Source: Macrostomum hystrix (taxonomy: Eukaryota > Animalia > Platyhelminthes). From it: a stretch of DNA of 64,000 nt. Shown here one piece after another: positions 37,696-48,490 of this stretch. The stretch covers positions 1,488,001 to 1,552,000 of the forward strand of contig CATNEN010000033.1 of NCBI GenBank assembly GCA_950097015.1, given 5' to 3'. The notes beneath the pieces were generated by a model. The model was not told the origin of the DNA and did not search any database. It saw only the letters and a program-made list of their open reading frames with translations. The stretch's first letter is position 1; each line of letters begins with the position of its first letter. The translations under genes were made by a program, and so were the position numbers.

Positions 37696-40600
37696 ATGCC
37701 GCACGCAAATCCACTCCTTCGATTCAAGGCCGTGGCAGCCATGGCACCTGCATTCATCAGCGAGGAGCAAACGAGGGAGAATTTGTTTCGGCACTTGCTC
37801 TGCGGCCATATGGACGACCTGCCCAAAAAGGACACAAAATCTATTCGCATCTTCATCAGCTCAACATTCTCAGGTAAATTTCACCCAAACTTTTGATACT
37901 TTGCTGGTGATCAAGGAAGGGATAAATTTGTAAATGCCTTCAAGACTGGTTATTGAGGAAATATTTTGTGGATGGAGCGAAATCATTCACAGGCTCACAG
38001 CTAAAGCTACTTGATTATAATCCGGAAAGTTTTGCTGCATCAAGTCGAATACTCAGATTTGCCACACCGTCCTGCTACTCACAATTGTCCAGACATGGCC
38101 GAGGAGAGAAACGCACTGATGAAAACCGTGTACTCCAAAATGAAGGAGTTCTACCGTGATCACTATGGTCTGGCGTTCCAGGTAGGAAAATTTTTAACAG
38201 AGCAGCTCTCGTTGTGTACTTTCCAGTGCCAAGGCTCCCCAAAGCAGCCTCCAAAAGCTTGTTTTACTTCTTGGCGTAGATTGTGGACATGCGCTGGGGC
38301 ATCCAGGAGGCGGCCTCCTTCGATCATCAGGCGTCGGAGATGTGCTTCAACGAAATACAGAACTGTCAGCGGCTTTCCAGTGGTCCGCACTTTATGGTGA
38401 GACAAACAGCATATGGTGTATTTTCTTAATCAGGTAGCCTGTTGGTGACTAAAACATAGCATAAATGAAATCCGAAGACGAGAAAGCGAAGTAAAATAAA
38501 ATGAAGTGAGGCTTTTGTCCTGCTTTTTCCAGCGGACACTCATCCAAACTGGCCCATTCCAGCCAACTCATTGCCTGAACCAATCTTAATTATGCGCCAC
38601 TGGGTGCCACTTTTCTAAAGCCCAAGTCAATCCGAAACCCAGACAATCCTAAGCCATCGCTATGGGAGCAAGGAGGCGCCAAACAGGCTGTCCGAGCAGG
38701 AGACCAAAATCCTGGAGGCTACCATGTCTGACCGGCCTGATGACCTGGCCCTCCTGCACCGCTGGTACCTGCGGGACGAGAACGGCCTCCCGCCGGTGTA
38801 CAACTTGCGCCCGCTGGAGACCGAGGCCGACCAGGCTGACTGGCCGCGGGACGGCCCAGCGCTGCAGAAGGCACTGGAGGTTGCGGCAAAGGCTGCGGTG
38901 ACCCGGGGCACGTTGACACAGGCGGGTGCCATCCGTTTCTGCACGTCCATCACGCACCAGGAGATTCAGCGAGGCGTGCTCGACGCTCATCCGGACTTGC
39001 AGCAATTCGCATTCGCCATATTTCGCAACATCGCCGACATTCAGCAGCGTCTGGACTGAAGGCGACAAGCAGGCCCAACGATTCGCCGATCCAGAGGCTT
39101 CTGATGAGCTGCAGGGGCTCCGCACACGCCTCCGGGCCCTCCTGTCCAAGGGCATCAGTGAGTACACTTTGAACTGGCAGGCGCCGAAGGGCATCGATCC
39201 GGATGTTCACGCCGAAATACCTATCTAGCATTGTTTCGGACTTTGAAACTCAGGTGAGTACTGCTTTTCTTATTGTTATCGAAACACAACAGCAAGAGAC
39301 TTAAACCAGACTCTGCATCAAATCCCCAGGTCCACCGTCTCGTTGAAGCATTCCGAAAGCGCAAGTCGGAGCTACAGGCGGATCCGCTGTACGCCGAGGT
39401 GCTGCAGCATGCGCACCATTGCGTTCGCTATGTGACAAACTTCCAAGGCCGGAAGGAGTTTCTCGATCAACTGCGAGACTACATGACTGGGGACTCGAGA
39501 CAGCCGCTGCTGATCTGCGGAAGCTCGGGCTGCGGCAAGACTTCTATCATGGCCAAGGCTGCAAAAAGCGCCCGCTCTTGGTTGCCTCTGGAAGAGCAAC
39601 CATCGGCTCTACTTCTGATTCGCTTCCTGGGCACCAGCCCTTCAACGTCTAGTATTCGTCAGACCATCAAGCAGCTGTGCCAGCAGTTGGCCGTGTTCCT
39701 TGGCTCATCGGAACTGCAGCAGGTGGCTGGAATGGACAGCTTCAGAGATCTGGTCAGCACGTTCTACGACTTTCTGCAGCAGCTGGGAAAAACGCGGCGC
39801 GTACTTCTCGTGCTGGACTCGCTGGACCAGCTGGATGCATCAGACTATGCCTATCAGCTGACTTGGCTGAGACCAGAGCTACCGCCAGGCTGCAAGATGC
39901 TGCTCAGCTGCCTGCCAACTCTGCACGGCATCAGGGAGAACTTCCTTCTGCTGCTGCCGAACCGAGTGCTTGATGTTCCACCGCTGGAGCCGTCTCTATG
40001 CGAAGAGATCGCCAAGGCTCGCCTGGACAAGGCGAAGCGCTGCCTCACCGAGTCTCAATGGGGCGCGCTGAGGACTGCATTTGCCAGCTGCTCGTTACCG
40101 ATCTACATCGGCCTAGTCTTTCGTCAGGCCCGCCGATGGAACTCGTACACTCCGCTGGACAAAACGGTACTGGAGCCGACTGTTGAAGGAGCTATTCGCC
40201 TGCTGCTGGGCCGTCTGGGCACTCGATACGGCGAAGTTCTGGTGCGAAATGCGCTCTCCTACGTGACGGCCTCTCGTACCGGTCTAAGCGACGCGGAGAT
40301 CGAGGACCTTCTGTCTCTGGATGATGACGTCCTGCGAGAGGTGTTCACGCACCACATGCCGCCGTTCATTCGCGTGCCGCCGCTGGCTTGGACCCGGATC
40401 AGGCAGCAGATCGACGACTATCTGGTTGAACGCGAGGCCGACGGAGTTACAGTGTTATTTTGGTATCACCGCCAGTTCTGGGAGGTTGCGCAGAAGCTCT
40501 ACCTCAGCGATGCGAGCCACCACAGGACCATCCATGCGCGAATTGCCGACTACTTCCTGGGCGAGTGGTCCGGAGGTCGGGAGAAGCCGTTCGAGTGTCC

Positions 40601-43600
40601 TGAGAAGGTCAAAGCTAAACTCGAGCGTGATGTGAGTCAGTACACTTTTTCTGTAGCTTTTTAAATCATTATAGACCCATCGTTTACATCTACTCAGTAT
40701 TAAGACAATAAGAGCAAGATTTGAGGGATACTATTCGTAATATTGAAAGGGCCTTCCGGTGCCCGTGGCAGCTGACCGGCAAGTCCCAGCTCAGCCGTTC
40801 GTACTTCGAGTCGAAGGCGGCACCAAGTACTACAATTTGCGCCGTATAAACCAGCTGCCGCGCCATCTAATCAAGAGCGGCCGAGTTGTAGACTTTCTTG
40901 ACCAGGTCGCCTTCAACCTGGACCACCTGCAGTCCAAGCTGGCCTCCAGCCGCCGCCACCAGCTCCTCATGGACCTGCACCAGTTCTTCGACTTAAAGAA
41001 GAAGGAGCGCGGCAGCGAGCAGAACGAGCTGGACCTCACTCGCATTTACAATGCCGTTCGCATCTCCGCCTACAGCCTGAGCCACAGTCCGCTCAGCTTG
41101 CCTGTGGACCTCTGCGGCCGGCTTCAGCCATTCGCTGCCCGGTCCAGACGAATCGGCGACCTGCTGGAGACGTGCAGGAAGACGAGTCCGCTGCTGCTTC
41201 CTGTTAATAATTGCCTGGACACTGGTAGCGGTTACACGCAGTGCACCATGCAGGTAATCAATCATAGGAATGACTCAAGGTTTCTTTTCAGGCACTAGTT
41301 CTAAGGGAGAAATATAAAGATTTACCTATTTGATTGACAGGTGCGACTGTCAATTGGCAATCTGTGCGAGGACGGCAAGATCTACGCTGTATCGCTGCAG
41401 AATAACACCGTGACGTGGTACGACCATGAGGGATCCGAGCTGAAGACCGTCGTCTCCGAGCGACCAGCCGCGTCGCACATCCGCTTTGTGTCCGTCCTGC
41501 CCACCAGCGGCTGCTTCTGCACAGTGGAGGAGGTGGCGCCGGACCAGTACCAGCTACTGCGGGCCAATATGCGCACCGGTGCTTGGAAGGTCCTGGTGCC
41601 GAACTTGCCAAACACGCTACCGTTGAAGTACTTTGCGAAGTCTGACGGAGGCTGCTTGGAAGCCACGGAGGGTCACATGATCTTCGCCAAGACCTTCTAC
41701 GCAACCTTACCCATCACTTACTGTCTGCTGAAGGCGGACCCTTTGCGCCACTTCTTATTCCGATCCTGGCCGATGCAGGTTGGCCAGAGCCTCATCAGTG
41801 ATAGGCGCCTGTTCTACATCGGCCATCGCGTGACGGATGAGGAAGAAGCGGCTGGCTTTGCTCGCGAACAGCCGCTGACGCCGCGCATTGTCGATCTGGA
41901 CACGTTCGAGGAGACTGAGATCGACTGCACCGGTCAGGGCCTGGCAGCCCATGAGCTGTCCAGTGACAACACCAACTTCTTCGACAATGGAGAGCTGCTT
42001 TTTCTGGTGACATTGAGCCCTGGCGGAGCCCTGCTCACATTCTACCTGTTCGGTCTGGAGCCCAAGGTTGAGCGACAAGCCCGACACGAACTCGAGCTGG
42101 ACGCTGCAGTGACCAAGCCGTTCATCACCAGCCTCGCCCGGACGGTGCCAACAGCTGTAGTCATGCTGACTGAGCCGCTTGGCGACCACATCGGCTTTCT
42201 GTGGTTTCCAGAGACTGCTCGGGTTAGTTTAAACGGCAGATGTGAAAATTTTACGGGCAATCCAAGGCTTTTGAGCTATTAGGCTGAAACCTTATAGCCC
42301 AACAGAGGGTTGTAGCCTAATAGTTAGAGCGTCAGACTCACGACTTGAAGGTCGGGGGCTCGATTCCCAACTCCATTTGTGTCCCTTAGCAAGTTCACCC
42401 AGCTGTGAAATGCATCAGGAGGGTGGTCCCTCTGTCTATGGACTAAACAGTCGAACGCAACATTCAGATGCGGCTGAGCTGTCGGTTGCACATCTTGCCC
42501 AATCAGGACAGGTGAAATCAAATCAAATCAAGCTTGAGTTGTTGGCGAGGCGAAATTTTTTACGGCAATCATTTTTAAAGAGAGAGCTCAGGGCCGTGTC
42601 CTGACAATGATAAAGCCACGGTAGATTTTTTTAATTACCTTCTCGCAAACAGTGGGTCAACTGTTGCCATTTATGATTCAGTGCCCACAACCACTTGCAA
42701 ATATGACTTTTATGAGTTGCTTGCGTCATGAGAGAGTAGGTCAGGCCACGGATGTTGCCATGAGTAAATAAAGTTCCTCATTCTCATTCATTCCTCATTT
42801 ATAGTGAATTGAGTGAATATGCTTCTGCGGTCCCACAGACGGTACCCGTCGCCTACCACCGCGTGCTAGACAAGTCCTACGAGTTGGACACGAACGCCAA
42901 AGTACATACAGTCTTGAACTGCCCGGTGCACGTCAGTGACGATGGCTCGCTGCTGCTGGTTAAGGCCAAGGCCTACTTCACCTTCAATGTGTGGTCGGCC
43001 AAGGACGGCAGCTTCCTACTGGCCCTGCGGGGCGTGTCCGACTACATCATGCTTGGCCAGCCCTACGGCACTGACTACCTGGTCATCAACACCATGCCGG
43101 AGCAGGGCGCGAACGCGTCCACTGTCCAGCTGAAGGTTTTCAACCTCAACAAGCTGGCCGGCCAGCTGTCCGAATTCGAAAGCAATTTCGTGACCAAAAA
43201 GGAGGAGAGGCGAGCCGAGTTCGTGCTGGACCCTCGAGAGCAGCAGCTCTGGAGCGGACACTTTGACAAGCGGCTTCAGGGCGGCGTCGTTTACTGCACC
43301 GACCTCGGCGGCACCGGCGCCAGGGAAACTAAGTTTCACGAGCCTCTCCCAGACGGCAAGGTTGACGCCTACGATGCCGAAGTATCCGCGGCAATGTCAC
43401 GTTTCAAGGACACCTGGAATGCGAAGCTCAATCAGCTGTGCAACTTCAATGATCTGGGGCAGCACGGCCTCACTTTGCGTCTGCTGCCGCGCTTTCTCCT
43501 GTTTGTCCTGCGCCTCGCCTCGCAGCCGACAGCGCCGGCAACCTTTGAGGTGCCTGACTCTCTGCAGCTGCCGCCTGAGAAGGACCGCAGTCGATCGACT

Positions 43601-46024
43601 CGCGCCCTGACGGATCTGCTGAGCAATCCTGACCTGCGGCTCGCCATCGTGTCCCACGCGGCCGTGCGGCCCTATCCGATCGGCTACTTCATGCACGGCT
43701 GCGACCAACCCTGGCTTCCGGCCGTTCCGCCTTCCGTGTTCGCCGTGATGGACGGATCCCGACTGCATCTGCTGGTTCGCGGCTCCGGTCGGGTGCAGGC
43801 ACCACGCCTGTCCGACATGCTGGACGGAAAACTCGACCTGTCACCCGACCTGTCCGACTACCTGTTGTGTCTCGACTTGGCGGGCAAGAAAGTCCAGCGG
43901 ATCAAGACCTGGCCGGTACCCATTGTTGGCGACCAGTTTGTTGGCCAGGCGAGGCGTGAGGTGGCACTTCAGGTGACTTCGACTTAAACGATGTCATTTT
44001 TAGGACTTGTTAGACAGTAAATTTATCAAATCTTCCAAGCATTTGCCAGCTAGAGTTCTAGGGTGTCCGAGTATCTGGGTGTCCGAGTATCTGGGTGTCC
44101 GAGTATCAAGGTGTCCGAGTATCAAGGTGTCCGAGTATCAAGGTGTCCGAGTATTAATGTGTCCGAGTAGCAATGTGTCCGAGTATCAGGGTGTCCGAGT
44201 ATCAATGTGTCCGAGTATCAGGGTGTCCGAGTATCAATGTGTCCGAGTATCAGGGTGTCCGAGTATCAATGTTTCCGAGTATCAGGGTGTCCGAGTATTA
44301 ATGTGTCCGAGTATCAATGTGTCCGAGTATCAGGGTGTCCGAGTATTAATGTGTCCGAGTATCAATGTGTCCGAGTATCAAGGTGTCCGAGTATCAAGGT
44401 GTCCGAGTATCAAGGTGTCCGAGTATCCGTGTTGTCAATGACTGAAAGTTCTATTCTAAATTTTCGTTCTCCCAAACCACAGGTGTTTGCGGAGGCCAGC
44501 CGCACCTGTCAGTACCTGGCAAACAGTGGAAAAGAGAAGTCACAGCAGTACCTGCCAGTCCTGCAGCAATTCATCACCACTCTGACCGCGCGCTGCCGCA
44601 GCTCCGCCGCCTTCCACATGTCAAACGGCGCCATCCTGCGCGAGCTGGACTCCTACCTCGGCTCGGAGAAGTCTGCCGAGGCGCTGCTGCATGAGCTCGG
44701 TGTCGACCTGTCGATTAGCGTCGCGATTGAGAGCCACCACGCCTGCCGACCGCGGCTGCTGCACTCGCGCCCCGGCAGGCCGGGCCAGCTGGTGCTGCAG
44801 CTGATGAGCGACTCGGTTGGCACCTACCGGAAGGCCTTCCGCCGCGACTGCATGGCCTGGCCGGGCCGCCTGATGGTGGTGGACGGCTCCAGCTACAAGA
44901 CGCTGTCTCTCAGCCGGACATTCGATGCCGGGGTGCTCTACCTGCTCCCGGACGGTGTGCATTGCGTCACCTACCGACTGAAGATCTTCAACATCGAGAC
45001 CGGCTTGATGGTGAAGGATCTGAGTCCCAGCCGGCCCGTCATCCTGTACGAGATGGTGCTCAGTCCGGACAGCGAGCTGCTGGTTGGCAAGCTGTACAAG
45101 CCGGCGCGCAGGATCAAGATAACTTCCGGGGTCAACGCCGGCCTCGACGAGTTCGTTGACCCGCCGAAGACTGTGCAGGTCGGTGCGCCAAGCCCAAACT
45201 CAAGTTTAGCCTGTGTTATGAGCATTATAGTTGTGAGCATAGGATTGGACATGGCTATTCTGATTGGTGGGATGGCTGCAAAGAGGAGTCGAGGAGAACG
45301 CAAATGCTGATTCTGGCCTCTCTAAGCCCCAATCTCTCTACAAGGCAAGACAGACAATTGACGAATTTTCGTGCAATTTATACTTAAATGAGCTAAGTGA
45401 GAATGTACTCTATCTGACGAAGCCAAAACCGATGTACAAACCCTAGGTGTGAGTGTGCCTGTACTCAGGGGTCAGTGGAATGGGTAGAATTGTCTCCTCA
45501 CTTTCTCCTATAGCAGTCGGATATAAAATAGCTTCCATATTCCACCACCGTCAGGCCTATCGGGTAGCTGACGGGCAGCAGGTGTTTAACTACCTATTCG
45601 AGACGGAGCCCTTCATGCTGCTGGTGCCATCAGCCAAGTACATGGCCATCCTGCTGCGCTACCATCCGGTGCAGCTCTACCGGATACCGCCGAGCACCGT
45701 GTCTTTGAAGGAGTCCCTGTCTAAACTAGCCGCTGATCAGTCGGCCTCCTCAACTGGGGACACCGCTGCCGCTGCCACCACCGGCACCGCCACTGAAGTC
45801 TCCGATGCCGATTACCTTCGAGGACTCAGTGAGTTTTGCGTCTGAAAATCATTGATAAGCACAGTATTGTTGAGATTATTCGATTGAAATTAAAACCAGT
45901 TAAAATTAAAACCAATTATATTCCAGATGACGTCCTGACCACGGCGCTGACTGAGGTGGCCAACAAGCGACCCAGCGATCCTATCGAATACCTGGCCAGG
46001 TGTCTGGTCCAGCTGTCCTCTTAG
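37696..46024 (+). CDS. NWD1/NWD2-like DUF4062-NACHT protein with a divergent beta-rich C-terminal half and a terminal Dpy-30 motif, about 1960 aa; two +1 frameshifts in exon 4
   Basis: Exons 37696-37873, 38093-38181, 38280-38396, 38643-39253, 39330-40631, 40750-41253, 41341-42222, 42839-43972, 44483-45178, 45555-45828, 45927-46024, all GT-AG and phase-compatible. Motifs: [34 protein letters not shown], Walker [10 protein letters not shown], Walker [31 protein letters not shown], and [32 protein letters not shown]. Confidence 0.85.
42307..42535 (+). mobile_element. Second, more degenerate copy of the tRNA-derived SINE (intronic)
   Basis: TGTAGCCTAATAGTTAGAGCGTCAGACTCACGACTTGAAGGTCGGGGGCTCGATTCC...TGTGTCCCTTAGCAAG...CACCCAGCTGTGAAATG...(AAATC)n tail, colinear with the copy at 29790. 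Confidence 0.8.
44058..44428. repeat. 16-bp intronic minisatellite GTGTCCGAGTAT(CAAG/CAAT/CAGG)
   Basis: About 23 visible copies in an NWD intron. Confidence 0.92.
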
Positions 46025-46784
46025 GCTGCGAATCTGCGGGCAGCCTGAAGCTCTGCGGTCTCACATTTCAACAATCAAGTCCGATTGGCCAATGACGTCC
46101 AAAAGACTTCAGGACTGAAAGAGCCTTAATTGCCCTTGTTGAAGACGTTTGACACTGGATATTTTCGCAAATACTCTCAGCCAAAGCAGTTTTTTATGAG
46201 CTTTAAACTAACTTTAGAAAGTACTTTTATCCGGATAATGGATGCCTTGTTTTAGCCAATTTAACGATTTTCCCGCCTTTTTTTCGCCGTTAAAAGCAAA
46301 CTTTACCAATTTTAAATTTTTAAATTTCATAACTGCACTTATTTTTTGTTACTAATTGCAACTGTTCTACAGCCTTGCTTTGTCGGTTATTTATATCGAG
46401 TTTTACACTGCCCATTCAGAGGCTAGGATGTTATTTTGAGTCGCTGACTCGACTCAATGCCTCGTTTTTAACTCTTAGCCTTGATATCTATTGTTTTGAC
46501 ACCTTGACACCTTGACACCTTGATGCTGTTCTTATTTTGATACTTTTGTTTTTACGAGTAATTGGTGGCCGTAGACTGACCATTATGGACTTCTGACCTT
46601 CAGTGATATTTTTCCTCAATAATGACAATAGTGATGATTTAGCTACTTGGACTGCTACTATATTGCAAAACTTTCTATCTTGAATGATAGAAAAATACCT
46701 TATTTCTGCTCTCAAGTCTCACCTTTTCGTCTGCCTCAGTTTCACGTAGCAATGCTTTAAGCATGAAAGTTACGAGGTAAGGAC

Positions 46785-48490
46785 TGACGAACTGACAACA
46801 CACGGAGTAAATTGGGTTAAGGACTGACGAACTGACACACACGGAGTAAATTGGGTTAAGGACTGACGAACTGACACACACGGAGTAAAATGGGTTAAGA
46901 ACTGACGAACTGACACACACGGAGTAAATTGAGTTAAGAACTGACGAACTGACACACACGGAGTAAATTGGGTTAAGAACTGACGAACTGACACACACGG
47001 AGTAAATTGAGTTAAGAACTGACGAACTGACACACACGGAGTAAATTGGGTTAAGAACTGACGAACTGACACACACTGAGTAAATTGGGTTAAGAACTGA
47101 CGAACTGACACACACGGGAGTAAAATGGGTTAAGGACTGACGAACTGACACACACGGAGTAAAATGGGTTAAGGACTGACGAACTGACAACACACGGAGT
47201 AAAATGGGTTAAGGACTGACGAACTGACACACACGGGAGTAAAATGGGTTAAGGACTGACGAACTGACACACACGGGAGTAAAATGGGTTAAGGACTGAC
47301 GAACTGACACACACGGGAGTAAAATGGGTTAAGGACTGACGAACTGACACACATGGGAGTAAAATGGGTTAAGGACTGACGAACTGACACACACGGGAGT
47401 AAAATGGGTTAAGGACTGACGAACTGACACACACGGGAGTAAAATGGGTTAAGGACTGACGAACTGACACACACGGGAGTAAAATGGGTTAAGGACTGAC
47501 GAACTGACACACACGGGAGTAAAATGGGTTAAGAACTGACGAACTGACACACACGGAAGTAAAATTGGTTAAGGACTGACGAACTGACACACACGGAGTA
47601 AAATGGGTTAAGGACTGACGAACTGACAACACACGGAGTAAAATGGGTTAAGGACTGACGAACTGACACACACGGGAGTAAAATGGGTTAAGGACTGACG
47701 AACTGACACACACGGGAGTAAAATGGGTTAAGGACTGACGAACTGACACACACGGGAGTAAAATGGGTTAAGGACTGACGAACTGACACACACGGGAGTA
47801 AAATGGGTTAAGGACTGACGAACTGACACACACGGGAGTAAAATGGGTTAAGGACTGACGAACTGACACACACGGGAGTAAAATGGGTTAAGGACTGACG
47901 AACTGACACACACGGGAGTAAAATGGGTTAAGGACTGACGAACTGACACACACGGGAGTAAAATGGGTTAAGGACTGACGAACTGACACACACGGGAGTA
48001 AAATGGGTTAAGGACTGACGAACTGACACACACGGGAGTAAAATGGGTTAAGGACTGACGAACTGACAACACACGGAATAAAATGGGTTAAGGACTGACG
48101 AACTGACAACACACGGAGTAAAATGGGTTAAGAACTGACGAACTGACAACACACGGAGTAAAATGGGTTAAGGACTGACGAACTGACAACACACGGGAGT
48201 AAAATGGGTTAAGGACTGACGAACTGACAACACACGGAATAAAATGGGTTAAGGACTGACGAACTGACAACACACGGAGTAAAATGGGTTAAGAACTGAC
48301 GAACTGACAACACACGGAGTAAAATGGGTTAAGGACTGACGAACTGACACACACGGGAGTAAAATGGGTTAAGGACTGACGAACTGACAACACACGGAGT
48401 AAAATGGGTTAAGGACTGACGAACTGACACACACGGAGTAAAATGGGTTAAGAACTGACGAACTGACAACACGGAGTAAAATGGGTTAAT
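46785..48490. repeat. Satellite variant A, 39-40-bp unit GGACTGACGAACTGACACACACGGGAGTAAAATGGGTTAA
   Basis: About 43 visible copies. Confidence 0.96.
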
